Assembly: GCA_000004695.1 (NCBI GenBank)
Contig: CM000153.2
Location: 3,744,001 to 3,808,000 of the forward strand
Origin: Dictyostelium discoideum
Taxonomy: Eukaryota
DNA length: 64,000 nucleotides
Reading direction: 5' to 3'
Below the pieces are notes generated by a model, which made no database searches, was not told where the DNA came from, and saw only the letters and a program-made list of their open reading frames with translations. A program made the position numbers and the translations under genes. Shown here piece after piece: positions 46,076 through 59,112 of this stretch (position 1 is its first letter; each line of letters opens with the position of its first letter).

Positions 46076-49000
46076 CTAAAAATATTCATGTACATTATAA
46101 CCTACATTACCAGTTCTAGAGTCTCTTGGAAGAATAACTTTAACAAAAATGGTTGAGCTTGAAATATTGGAAATGAGTAAAAAATTTGAGTATTCTTTAA
46201 ATAATGTTGCCTTGAGTCCTTTGAGGTTGAAATCTAAAATCTTACTACTAAATCTCAATGGATTGTTAGGGTCTGAAAGTTCGATTAAATTAGATCTTTC
46301 TAAACGAAACATGAATGATGAGGTTCTAAATGAATCAACAATTGGTAACTTCAAAGGTTTTAGTGAGGTACTTGGTGGAAGTGGGAGTGGTGGAGGTGGA
46401 GGTGAAGAGGAGGGTATTGAATGTTGAGGGGAATCGGGACTAATCTGAGGTGTATCAACTGGTAAAACTATTTGTTCATCAGAATTAATTTCTGGATTTT
46501 CATTTATTGGGTCACATCCAATTTCATTAAAATGTGGATTTAAAGCTTCTGGTGTTTTAGTTTCCAATGGAGGTAGCGGTGAGATTAGTGTATAGGGTGC
46601 AATCTTTGGCTTGACTAGAGATTTTAGAACTGGATGAATTTTGTTTGGTATTTCTTTTTGTTCATTTCTTTGTTGAGGAGTTGCAATACTTTCAGATTTA
46701 TTTTCAATATTTGAATTTGATGTTTCTATTGGTTCAATAGTTGTCATTTCATTTTCTATATCAGCTGATTTAAATTTTTTAAATTTCTTTTTATAAAATA
46801 ATCTTCCAAGCATTACCGATGATGCCACGACTACAGCAGAGCAAATAGGTAACACTATTGTTAATAGATTAAGTGTATTTTCATTGGCTGGTACATCTGG
46901 AATGGCTGTTGGATCAGGTATTATTGGGGGAATGAAAAATATGTTTGATGAATAGATTGCCATTGATGTTAAATAAATATCACCTCTTGTTGTAAATGCT
47001 ATATTAATCTTTTCTAATGAATTGGTATTTTCATATTTGAATGTTATGTTTTTAAATGTTGGACCTTGATTGCTTTGTAATGGTTCTAATACATAAACTG
47101 GCTGATTGTCAATGTAAACTGATAATAGACTAGCATGCTGATCAATTGGTACATGTGTAAAAAACAATTGAATTTGACTGATTGTAGAATTACTGTTGAT
47201 TGCTGTTGTGATGATTACTGGCTCATTGGAATTTAATGATGTTACTCCACTTGAAAATAAACTATTCAATTCGTCAGAAGAAGTGACATTTGGTAAATTT
47301 GGTACATAATTTGAATTTTCAGATATTGTACAGTTGCTATCTGTTTTTGTTTGGCATCCACTTTGAAATAAACTACCATTAACTATAAACTGTTGGTTAG
47401 CAAGGTCAGGATTTGCCATACTCCATCCAGAATAAAATGTATACGTTTTTAATACTGTAATCTGTGGGAAATCTATAATGTACAAGTAGTCTGATGATAG
47501 AGAATTTTTTATTTGAACTCTTACATTTGCTGAACCCTCTTTATTTGGTCCAACCGATACAGGTAATATACATTTATTTGATAATACATTGAAATCGACT
47601 GTTCTATTTTGAATAGAATCATTATCAGAAGTAAAAATACATATAATAATATCTTGAAAAGCATAAATTAATCTAAATTGGATTACTATATTGAAAGTCA
47701 ACCCTGAAATTACTTGGAGTGGAGAATTTGGATAAATTGAAACGATTTTAATTCGATCCAATGTAATTGGGCTACTATAGTAATAAGGTGTTATCACTGA
47801 TCCATAAATTTGATCTTTTAGTTGTTCAACGCTATCATTTGATGGATAGTATAAATATGAATTTTGGATATTTGTTGACAAGGATGAGACATTTTTAATT
47901 ATATCTTTACTTGTTAATGGTAATTCAATGCTAGAATTTATAATATCTAATCTTTTAACGCTACCATCTAATTTAAAATTTTCTGTGGCAATAAAATCCT
48001 TCAATATTAAAAAATTGCTATCTAAATTCGCAACAATTGGACCTATTGCAACTAACCCATTGATCGTATATGTATTTGGTTGATTTCCATTACTATTAGC
48101 TACAAAAAGGTTGAAAATAGTTGAGTTAAATAATGTAATATTAGATATTTTAAAATACTTTGGATTTATTAAATAAAAGTCAACTGGACGTTGAACTGAA
48201 CTTAAAACTGAATCAGAATCATTATAACATGGTGCGTAACAGTCCCTATCAAATGATGTTACACTTGATCTATTCGATATGAAATTAAAGTTAAATATAT
48301 TTAATTGACCAATAAAAGTATCATTTTCTGATTTGATGTTTGGTGAAAGCGAATATAAACCATTACCACCCTCATATCCATAATCCATGCTTTTGGCTGA
48401 TGTATTCAATGATCTTGAATATGGGACCAAAAAGTAATGATTATTTTTTGATCTAATGTTTTCTGTTCCAAATTGGGCTATTAAATTTGAACCTGAATAA
48501 CTTGATATAATATTGGATGTAAATTCAACATTTGATGCGAAAAATACAATTGGTGACCTTCTTGGATCTTTTTCAAAAATAACACAATTTTTAATTACTG
48601 CGTTGTTTGAAAATTCAATGTATAATGAGTTTCTGTATCTTTGGTTGCTACCCTTAATAATATCAGTGACAATGTTTTTATTATTGGGTGAGAATATTAA
48701 TTTGTGATCATTATATTCTTCATTTAATGTTCTACCATCACCATTTATAAAAAAATTTTCAATATGCACTTTAGTATCTCCTGTAATGAAAATTGATGCT
48801 CCAATCGATTCATCAATTTTCTTTACAGAATATCTGTTGGAGATTCCAGTATTCATTTCGTCGATAGTAAATTTTATAAACGCTACTTTCATTACTTTTT
48901 CATTGCCTATTGGTGGGCAACCGCTAATGTTTACTATGGTTCTAGTAGAATCCATAATAATACTGCACAGTGAACCAAGAGGATTTGAATCTGAGAAGAT

Positions 49001-49403
49001 TTTAATTTGATAAAGTTTATTAATATTATCTCCAGGAATACTTGAGAATGGTGGAGAAATCCGTAAAGTTGTTTTTGATAAAACCTGGGCTGAATAAATC
49101 AGTGGGTAATTACCAATAAGTGTTAAAGAACCACCCAATGCAAGAATACCTGGAAAGTAACCCATTGGATCAAGTGGAAATTTTGCGGGATTAATGATGT
49201 TTAAACTATTATATTCTTCAAGAGAGAAGAACAAAAGTCCTCTTTTAATTGTCACCGATCCACCTGGTAAAATAACTAATGAGTGGACCATAAAACTATA
49301 AATACTTTCTGGTATATATAATGAGCCCTCCACAAAAGTGTAAAAATAAAAAAATTTTCAAACATATCTGATTGCGGAAATACGCTAAGGGTCAAATTGG
49401 AAC
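46076..49403 (-). CDS. RLK-B ectodomain (about 900 aa, beta-helix-like repeats), TM and cytoplasmic Pro-rich exon
   Basis: ORF 46076..49333 (1085 aa). TM helix LLTIVLPICSAVVVASSVMLGRLFY followed by KKKFKKFK. A likely GTACAT donor at 46092-46093 is used instead of the in-frame stop at 46076. There is a 1-nt frame offset within the T-runs at 49335-49360 relative to the exon-2 phase. Confidence 0.7.
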
Positions 49404-49470
49404 CTATAAATAAATAATAAATGTTAAAAATAGTTTTAAAAAATATAGATTTATAAATTTATTACAATAC

Positions 49471-49689
49471 CTTTTGTAATTAAAAATTTATTTAATGTAA
49501 GATTAGCGTCTAGGAAAGTATAAAAAGTCATTAGATCACCTTCAGCGTTTGGCAATGCGCCAGCGCATATATCTGGATAATATAAATCTGCATCTGTTTG
49601 TGAAATATTATTTGATTCAATATTTGAATGTGGAAATCTTTTTATACGTTTTAAACCATAATAACCTGGTGGTGTTGTAATAGTTTCTT
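49471..49689 (-). CDS. RLK-B exon 2
   Basis: ETITTPPGYYGLKRIKRF..LYYPDICAGALPNAEG..; AAAAG acceptor and GTATTG donor. Confidence 0.55.
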
Positions 49690-49775
49690 CTTTTAAAAAT
49701 TTAAATATAAGTGTTTGATTTTTTTATTTTATTTTATTTATTTTATTTATTTATTTTTAAATTGCAATACTTTAC

Positions 49776-49854
49776 CATCTGCATTTGAATATAAAATAAA
49801 TATGGATAGAAATATTAATAGTATAATAGTCTTTTTAAAAAAGTTATTTTTCAT
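49776..49854 (-). CDS. RLK-B exon 1 (signal peptide MKNNFFKKTIILLIFLSIFILYSNAD)
   Basis: ATG at 49852-49854; GTAAAG donor at 49774-49775. Confidence 0.55.
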
Positions 49855-50130
49855 TTTCTTTAAAATAAAAAAAGAAAAACAAAATTTTGTGCGACAATCG
49901 GAAAGATTTTGAAAAGTGATTGAAAAAAAAAGAAAAATAAAAAAAAAACATAGTTTTTTTTTTTTATTTTGAGTTTTTTTTTTTTTAGATTTTAAAAATT
50001 TTGGAAATGAAGATATTTTGAATAAGTTGAAAACCTAATATTTGAATGAAGATCCATCTTGTTACGTATCTCAAAAAAAAAAAAAAATTATAAAAAAGAG
50101 TGAATAAATAAATCATTTTAATTTTATTTT

Positions 50131-50428
50131 CTATTCATTTGAGTTTTCATCACCCGAATGATCATTATTATAAAATGAATTTTCTGAAAATGGTGTACAT
50201 TCATTATTATTATTATTCTTATTATTTATAATTGATTCTTCAATTTTATCTTCTAAATCATTTTTTGAATATTGGAATTGAGCACGATCTAAATCTATAG
50301 TTCCTTCTTGTTTACTTGTTCCATTTATGAAATCATCTGATGTAATAACAGTTTTTGAATCACCAACAATTGGTTCACCATTATTTCCTAATAATTCATT
50401 TGCACCTATTTCCTCTTGTTGTTGTTGC

Positions 50429-50486
<58 letters not shown>

Positions 50487-50579
50487 GCTGTGATTGTGTA
50501 TTTAATATATCTGGTATCTTTAAATCAAATGCTCTAAATTTACCAACATTACTTAAATGTTCATTCTCTAAACGGAAAA
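50131..50579 (-). CDS. XPR1-like exon 4 (FFRLENEHLSNVGKFRAFDL, then a poly-Gln tail)
   Basis: TTTAG acceptor at 50580-50584; matches XPR1 FFRLENEHLNNCGEFRAV. The four exons total 2760 nt (919 aa). Confidence 0.85.
50403..50500. repeat. (GTT)n on the plus strand, equivalent to (CAA)n poly-Gln in the XPR1-like tail
   Basis: Seen directly in the sequence. Confidence 0.9.
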
Positions 50580-50672
50580 CTAAATAAAAAAATAAATAAA
50601 AAAAGAATAAATGATTAGTATTTGTACTATTAAAATAAAAAATAAAAAAAAATAGTAAATTAATATACATAC

Positions 50673-50984
50673 AATTCCATTGAAATCTTCTAGTTACTTC
50701 GATTACAGCAGTTGCCAAAACAATTAATTCTTTAGTTCTTGAAGAAAGTGCTTCAAATGAAACATTAATAGTCCAAGATCCCCTCATCAATGTATTTGTA
50801 ATCATTGCGAAATAATAAACCCATTTGTGTCTATAAAACAAATGATCACGAAGAAGGAAATTACGACTATGAGTTCTTAAAACACCCCAATCCATTAAAA
50901 AGTCCCACCCTAATGAATAAATTGTACTAACAATTGATATAATTATCCATAATGCTAATGTACCTTTCTTATGTGACGAGTCAG
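50673..50984 (-). CDS. XPR1-like exon 3 (EXS domain, part)
   Basis: WIIISIVSTIYSLGWDFLMDWGVL matches XPR1 [30 protein letters not shown] donor at 50671-50672. Confidence 0.85.
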
Positions 50985-51072
50985 CTATAAAATTAAAAAA
51001 ATAAAAAACATGTTAATAACTTTTTATTATTATAATAATTATTACTACTACTACTATTATTATTAAACTTAC

Positions 51073-51589
51073 TTAATAATTTTGAATTTGCGATTGAACT
51101 TGTAACAGTTGATAACATTGTTAATGAATATTTACCAAAATTCATCATATGAATATTTTGTTTTGTATCTTTAAAACGACGAAGTGATTGTAAGGCACGA
51201 AGTAAAGGTGGTACACAAACTAAACAAGGTTTAATATATGGATTAATTCTCCAGCAAATATCACCATCTGTCCAAAGATCTGAAACGAAAAAGCAAATGA
51301 CATACTCTAAATCACTTAATACAATTGATAATGAAGTAAACTGATCACCAAAAAAGAAATCTTTGAATTTCACAGGTAAAAATGGTGCACTGAAAATTCT
51401 TGCAAATGTATGAATTAACCAATATCTACTTGGTCTAAATATAATATTGAATGGACAAAACACAATAAATAATACTATAGCAATCAATAAAAATGGGAAA
51501 AGTATCGGTAATTTCCCATCAATATGTATTGCCAAGTATGTATATAAAAATAAACTAAGTGTCCATAAAAATGTTAAACCACTTGCTAA
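51073..51589 (-). CDS. XPR1-like exon 2 (EXS domain, part)
   Basis: FARIFSAPFLPVKFKDFFFGDQFTSLSIVLSDLEYVICFF matches XPR1 [39 protein letters not shown]. Confidence 0.85.
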
Positions 51590-51695
51590 CTATATATATA
51601 TATACATAATAAAAAAATAAAAAATAAAAAATAAAAAATGTTAATATGTGCGTGTGTTTTTTTTTGTTTTATATTAATTAAAATGAAATACTTAC

Positions 51696-53177
51696 AAATA
51701 AAATATGATAATGCGTTATATTGGTTCTAGCATCCCAACCTAAGATTAAAAACAAATTAATATTTTTACCAGAGGTGACATAGAGTAGAATACCAAAATA
51801 CCAAAGTAATAGAATTGGTATACCAATCATACGATGGAGCATAAACATTGATAAAAAGTGTAATGGTGTTGGCGAATCAAAATAAATGATGGCGACGTTA
51901 TTAATCATATAACGTATACAAAATATAAAGAGAATTAGGCTCATACCAGATAGACCACCTGTTAAGAACACCACTTTCGGTGGTGCATTATATTCTTTGG
52001 GTACACGAAGTTTGGCCATTGCATTTCTTCTATTACCATGCTTGAAAGTGTTTGTATACAATGATTCGATTTCACGTTCGATAACAACCAACTTTTTAGA
52101 CTTGACAAAGTATTGCTGTTGAACTAACTTCATACCATCTACTGAACTATCAGATTGTAAAACTTTATCATACTTTTTAAATATCTTTCTAAATGCAATC
52201 ATATTCAATGAAGTGTATTCTTTTAATGCTTGAATCTCTCTATAGTTTTCCTCCATTGCTCTCTTTAATGATCTTCTAATTTTACCCAATTTTAAACTAC
52301 CCGGGTTCCAATATGTTTCTGCATTTGCTGCATGTGCAATAGCTTTTACTGCCATTGCTGATGGTGATGATGATGATGATGATGATGGTGACGATTGGGC
52401 GTATCGTTGTGAATTTGATGAGGCACCACCGACACCATCATCTTTTATAGCTGATGAAGTTAAATTTGAACTATTTCTTTTCTTTATAATTGAAGGATTA
52501 TAAAATAAATGAGAGAATTTACCTAACCTTGGTGAATCCTCACTAATTGCATCTTTTAAACTTTTTGAAGAACTATTTTTACAAATTTCACTCATTGCTA
52601 CTACCTTTTGTTTAATATCATTGAATTGATGTATAAATTCATCTTCTTGTTGTTTAAAAAATGTATTCACTTTATCAAATTCCTCCTGTAACATTGAATC
52701 AAATTTCTTTTCTTCTCTCTCTATATTATTCTCTCTAATTATTACTGGTCCTCTTTGAATAATTGAAGATTGACTTAATGGATTACTATTATTACTTTTT
52801 ATACTACCTCCACTTGAATTAATTATTGTTTTAGAATTTACATTTGTTGTAGTTGTTGATGATGATGATGATGATGTTGCTGCTGTTGTTGTTGTTGTTG
52901 TTGTGGGTTCAATGCTTTGTAATGGTATTTCTATTTGTGATTGTGATTGTGATGGCGATGATGACGATTGTGATGGTGGTGGTATTTTTGATATTGATTT
53001 ATTTATTGGTATTGCTGTTAATTCTATCTGTATCTGAGATTCATTTCCAATATATAATTCCTCTTCTGTTTTTGCTCTTTTAATTGATTTAATTTGTTTT
53101 TTAAATGATTTATAAAAAACATATTTCTTTTTCCACGCACTAACTTGCCTTCGTTGTAAATATTTTCCAAATTTCAT
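51696..53177 (-). CDS. XPR1/PHO1-like SPX-EXS phosphate exporter, exon 1 (SPX domain plus first TM helices)
   Basis: MKFGKYLQRRQVSAWKKKYVFYKSFKK is the SPX N-terminal signature. NAMAKLRVP.. matches XPR1 QKAMKRLRVP. GTAAGT donor at 51694-51695. Confidence 0.85.
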
Positions 53178-53596
53178 TTTATATTATTATTATTATTATT
53201 ACTCTACTATTATTTTTTTTACTATTATTGTATTATTATTATTTTAAAAACTATTATTATTACTGGTTTAATTTTACAAAATTATTGTACTTGTATAAAA
53301 ACATTAAAAAAAAAAAAAAAATAAAAAAAAAAATAAAAAAAATAAGAAATTTGAAATTTAATTCTTTAGAATGAATAAAGAGGGAGAGAGAAATATAAAA
53401 TGTTTTTATTTAAAAAAAATGGGTTTTTTTTTTTTTGTGTTTGTGCAGTATGTAGGAAATATTATTTGTGTAATTATAGGTATGTGTGTGTGTGTATGTA
53501 GATTGTTTTTATTTATTTATTTTTTATCTTTTTTAAAATTAATAGATAAAGAAAAAATTTCATACTAAACTGTACAATTTTTTTATTTTGGTGATA

Positions 53597-53628
<32 letters not shown>

Positions 53629-53952
53629 CTTTTTTGTTGATATGAATTATTCAATAATAATTTCTAAAGAAATCGACAGTGTGAATGTTGTTAATTAAAA
53701 AAAAAAAAAAACTGGTAATATAAAAAAAAAAAAAAAAACTGGTTATGTTGGGAGAAAAAAAAAAAATAATTGAAAATATTACGTGATTAATTATTATTGA
53801 TTGGTGTGAATGTTTGTGTGCAATATTGCATGGGTGCGATAATTTTTAATTGAACTTTCAGACATTTACTGAATATGAGTTTTAGACCAATATTGTGAGG
53901 GTATTTTTTATGAAATTTAATTTTTTTTTTTTTTTATTTTTGAAATCAAAAA

Positions 53953-53989
<37 letters not shown>

Positions 53990-54483
53990 ATTTAAAATAA
54001 AAAAAAAAAAAAAAATAATAATAAAAATAAAAAAAGGGATAAATACTATCTAAACAAATAATTAAAAATAAAAAAAAAATAAAAAAAAAACAAAAATAAA
54101 AAAAATAAAAATCATAAAAACGTGCATTTTTGACATTGATTTTTTTTTTTTTTTTTAAAGGTTATAATAATCGTACTTTACATTGAATTGCACAATGCAA
54201 CCAGTTTATTTTTAATTTTTTTATTTTTATTTATTTTTTTTTTTTTTTTCAATTTTCTGGTATTTTTTTATTTTTTTTCTGTTTTTTTTTTTTTTTGGAC
54301 ACCCTCCGCATTAAGTAAATTTTAGATATATTAAACAAAATCAATAATTTTTGGATCCACCGGTTATTTAAAATAAAAAAACAAAATAAAAAAAACAATA
54401 GAAATTAAAAAAATAATAAAGGAATATATTTATTCCATTATGAGAAAAAAAAAAAAAAAAAAAACCTTTTTTGGGATGTTTAG

Positions 54484-54517
<34 letters not shown>

Positions 54518-54876
54518 AAAATTTAATTACTGATTAACTGTAAAATAGAAATAATGAAATAAAATTAAATAAAATAAAATAGAATAAACGAAATTGCGAA
54601 TGTGAATCTTTTTTTTTTATTTTTTTTTTTATTTTATTTTTTTTTTTTTAAAAAGGTTTTTTTTTTAATTTTTTTTTTTTCTTGTTTTTTAAAATTAATT
54701 TTTTTTTTAATTTTATATTTTTTTTTTTTTTTTTTTTTTTTAAAACCACTTGTTAAATATTTCACTAAAAATCTATTTATATTAATATATGTAATAATAA
54801 TAATAATAACAATACTAATAATACTAATAATAATAAAAATAAAAATAATAATAAAAATTAATAATATTAATAAAGA

Positions 54877-54885
54877 ATGAGTAAC

Positions 54886-54948
<63 letters not shown>

Positions 54949-56168
54949 CCTAATAATAATAATAATATTAATATAAATGTAGATCATAGTTATGATGATG
55001 TTGATTTTAATAATAAAGATCCATTATTTTTTTCAAGTGGTAATGAATATATGTATAGAGCAGATGAAGATGATTTAGAATATGATGATGATGAGGATAC
55101 AAATGATGGTGGTGGTGGTGGTGGTGGTGGTAGTGGTAATGGTGGTAAAAAGAAAAAGAAAAAAAAGGAATTTTTAATTGATGGATTTGATGAGAATTCT
55201 GAATCATTAGTTAGATCAAAAGATAGTGATACAATTGGTTATAGAATAAGGAATAGATTAGAATATTTAGAGAAAGGAACAAAGATAATCATATTTGTTG
55301 GTCTAATTACATTGACGGTTGTATTATGTTCAATTGGGTTATATTTCTATGCAAAAGATCATAAATCACCATTAGTAAATTACATTCATCCAACACCAGT
55401 TATCGTTATATCATTGGATGGATTTAGATGGGATTACTTAAATCGTGGCTTAACACCAAATATAAAGAAACTCATTGAGGATGGGTCATATCATGCCAAC
55501 TACACGATACCACAATTCCCAAGTAAAACATTCCCCAACCATTATTCAATTGCAACTGGTCTTTATCCAGAGAATCATGGTATCATCTCCAATCATATGT
55601 ACGACCCAATATTGAATAAAACATTTGATATCAATAAAGCATCTGTAACCGATTCAGAATGGTATTGGGGTGAGCCAATTTGGGTGACATCTGAAATACA
55701 TGGTATTAAGAGTGCTTGTTACTTTTGGCCTGGCTGTGGTGTCATGATAAAAGACCGTTTCCCAACCTATAATAAATTACCTTTTACAATGGATATTAGT
55801 GCTAAAACCGTTTTCGATACTGTTTTCAAATGGGCTCAATTAGATGCATCTGAAAAACCCTATTTATCAATGGCATACGTTCATGAAGTCGATGACGCTG
55901 GTCATATCTATGGTCCAGATTCTCAACAAGTTAATGATGCAATTGCATATTTAGACACTCAAATAGGTTCATTAATCGATCAATTAAAATCTACAAATCA
56001 ATATAATTCAACAAATTTAATCATTCTCTCTGATCATGGTATGGCAAGTGTTCCAAAGAATCAATCAATTTATTTAGATGATTTAACAAATGATCCATCA
56101 TTTTCAACAAAATGTTATATTCGTGATATGTCTCCAATTTTATCAATTTTTCCAATTGTTGGTGGTTT
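54877..56168 (+). CDS. Ectonucleotide pyrophosphatase/phosphodiesterase (ENPP) family protein, exon 1 (cytosolic Asn/Gly-rich tail, signal-anchor TM, catalytic core)
   Basis: ISLDGFRWDY..TFPNHYSIATGLYPENHGII..YFWPG.. are ENPP/alkaline-phosphatase-superfamily motifs. GTAAGT donor at 56169. Confidence 0.85.
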
Positions 56169-56185
56169 GTAAGTTTATAAAATTA

Positions 56186-56220
<35 letters not shown>

Positions 56221-56266
56221 CTCTTCTCTTTTTACTAATTTATTTAAATTTTTAAAATTTATAAAG

Positions 56267-56675
56267 GAGTATTGATGAAATTTATAAATCATTAACAGCA
56301 AATAGTGATATAAATATTAAAATTTATAAAAAAGAAGATTTACCAAAAGAATTATTTTTTAGTTTAAATGAAAATAAAAGAATTGCACCAATTATTGGTA
56401 TTGTTAATTTAGGTTATACACTTGTTCAAAGTAAAAGTACACCAACTACTTCATGGGAATTAGGTAATCATGGTTTTAATCCAAGTTTTGAACAAATGAA
56501 ATCAATTTTCATTGGTCATGGTCCAAATATTAAATCATTACCAATCGATGATCAAAATTTACCACCATTTAAAAATATTGAAATTTATAATTTCATTTCA
56601 ACTTTATTAAATATAAAATCACCTTCTCCAAATAATGGCACAACTTTATTAACTGATAAACTTTATTTAAAATAA
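56267..56675 (+). CDS. ENPP family protein, exon 2
   Basis: AAAG acceptor at 56263-56266. The GNHGF and HGP motifs continue, and the two exons total 1701 nt (566 aa). Confidence 0.8.
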
Positions 56676-56785
56676 AAATAAAATAAAATAAATAGTTTTA
56701 TTTTAAGAGGTTGATTTATTTATTTATTTTTTAAAAAATACAATTTTATTTTAATTTTATATTTATTTATCGATAATTATATATA

Positions 56786-56817
<32 letters not shown>

Positions 56818-56825
56818 TAAATTAT

Positions 56826-58279
56826 TTATTTATATTTATTCATAAATGATTGATGGAAATCAGCGATTCTCTTACAAACACCTTCAATTGCTTCTTCAGA
56901 AGGTAAGAAGGTAGTTCTAAAATGCCAAGTACCATCTTTTTGACCGAAACCACTACCTGGTACAACACAGATACCAGTGGCTTCGAGTAATTGAATACAA
57001 TAGTAAGCATCTGGTGCTTTACCAATTGAATTTGCATATTCTACAGCTTTAGCTGGAAGACGAATTTGTGGGAAAGCATACATTGCACCTTCTGATGGAT
57101 TACAAGTTACACCTTCAAGATTATTTAAAGCATTTGTTAAGAGATTTGCACGTTTTTTTAAAGATTCATAGATATTATCTCTTTCTTTAAGGTAGAGATC
57201 ATGTGATTGTTCACCAGCAACTGGTGGACGAACCATTAAATCAACAACCAATTGACCAATAACATTTGGACATAAACCAATTGATGCGAGTTTATAAATT
57301 TCAGCTTTAACATCTTGAGTGACACCATTTAATTCCATATAACCACCACGTTTACCACATTCACCAACGAAACCTTTACTAACTGAATGGAATGAAACCA
57401 TCTCTAAATCTGCATAATCACCACCCATATCTTTGACAACCTTTTTGAATGAGATGAATGGTTTACTCTCTTTGACATAAACATTCTCTTGATAGACTTC
57501 ATCAGCCAATAATACTACATTCTTTTCTAAACAAAACTTGACAATCTCTTCCATATTTGCTCTATCTAAACATTGACCAGTTGGATTACCTGGATTGATG
57601 ATAACGAGTGCACGTGGATTAATACCCTTTGAAACTGCATCATTGTAGGAATGCTCCAATTGGGAGATCTCGAGTGACCAACCTTTCTCTTCATTTAATA
57701 GGTACCCTAATTGACTGCCATTATATAATTCAATGGTGGCACTGTAGAGTGGATATTGTGGAATTGGAATTAAGATACCGTCTGAACGATCTTTAATTAA
57801 AAGTTTCAAAATACGTTGTACACCAACTGATGCACCATCTGTAAGGAAAATTTCGGATGGATCAGATTTATGTCCATCACGTCTCTCTATGAAATCTGCA
57901 ACTGATCTTAAAACTAAACCAATACCTTGACTATTGGAATAGGCACCTGTTGTATTATTAATTGATCCTAATATCTCTTTAGCACGTGAGATAACATCGG
58001 CTGGATATATCTTTTCAACGTATGGATTATCTAATAAATCTGGACATTCAACTAATGATACAACTTGACGGAAATAAGTTAATGGTTTTTGTTTCAATTG
58101 TTGTGGATTACCAATATTACAATAGACAATCTCTTCAAATGGTAATGTTTTTGTGCCTTCTGTTTTTTGTTTTTGTAATTGATGTGAAATTGCTTCTGCA
58201 CGAATAACTAATTCACCACGTACTGCATATTGTGCATTTCTTACATTTTGGCAAATATTATCAATTGTCATAGATTTTT
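56826..58279 (-). CDS. Alanine aminotransferase (GPT/ALT, PLP-dependent), exon 2
   Basis: AQYAVRGELV..IPIPQYPLYSATI..INPGNPTGQ..LADEVYQENVY..SFHSVSKGFVGECGKRGGY..GICVVPGSGFGQKDGTWHFRTT aligns to human GPT/GPT2 along its length. TAG acceptor at 58280-58282. Confidence 0.9.
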
Positions 58280-58331
58280 CTATTTAAAAAGAATAAAAAT
58301 AAAAAAAAAAAAAAAAAAAAAATTAGTGACC

Positions 58332-58364
<33 letters not shown>

Positions 58365-58413
58365 TCGTAAAAAAAAAAAAGTTATCAAAAACTAGATAAT
58401 TTTTTTTACTTAC

Positions 58414-58564
58414 TATGTGTCATTTTTTCAAAATTAGTTATATTATTATTATTAATTATTGTTGTTGTAGTAGTATTTGAAAGTGGTTGAATAATTGTTG
58501 AAGAGGGCTTTACTCTGTTGATGGGTGGATTTGATAATAAAACTTTTAAACTTCTTTTGAACAT
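58414..58564 (-). CDS. Alanine aminotransferase, exon 1 (presequence-like MFKRSLKVLLSNPPINRVKP..)
   Basis: ATG at 58562-58564; GTAAGT donor at 58412-58413 (minus strand). Confidence 0.6.
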
Positions 58565-59078
58565 TTATTCTGAAAAAAAAAAATTTTTTTTAAATTAAAA
58601 AAAAAAATTAATTTTAATATATTAAAAATTTAATAAAATAAAATAAAATTAAATTAAATAAAATTTAAAATAATCGATAAACAGATTATTATTATAATGA
58701 TGCGTAAATTTCAAAAAAAAAACAAAATGAAAAAACACAGTGTGCAAGATTACAAAAAAAAAAAAAGAAAAAAAATTGAAAAAAAAAAAAAATCGATAAT
58801 TATCATAATACCCATTGCAAAACTTTTTACTGGGTGGTAACATAACAAGTAATATGTCATTATCGCATTTTTAAATGATTTTCTATTATTATTATTATAA
58901 TGGTAAGTTTTATTTATTATTTTTATTTTTATTTTTTTTTTTTATTTTTATTTTTTTATCTTTTTTTTTTTTATTATTATAATAAATATATTTTTTGTAT
59001 TTTTTTATTTATATCTTTTGGATAATTAACAAGATATTAATACAATTACATTATTATAATAATAAATGTATAATTTTA

Positions 59079-59112
<34 letters not shown>

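Noticed and set aside
46076-46078. In-frame stop ending RLK-B at ..HEYF*
   Set aside because: A GTACAT donor 18 nt upstream and colinearity of three downstream mini-exons with RLK-A argue that the stop is intronic. It is kept as the alternative in the feature note because the proposed intron is only 52 nt.
46149-46427. ORF 46149..46427(+) (Gly/Glu-rich)
   Set aside because: This is the antisense of the Pro-rich cytoplasmic segment (SSPPPPPLPLPP) of RLK-B.
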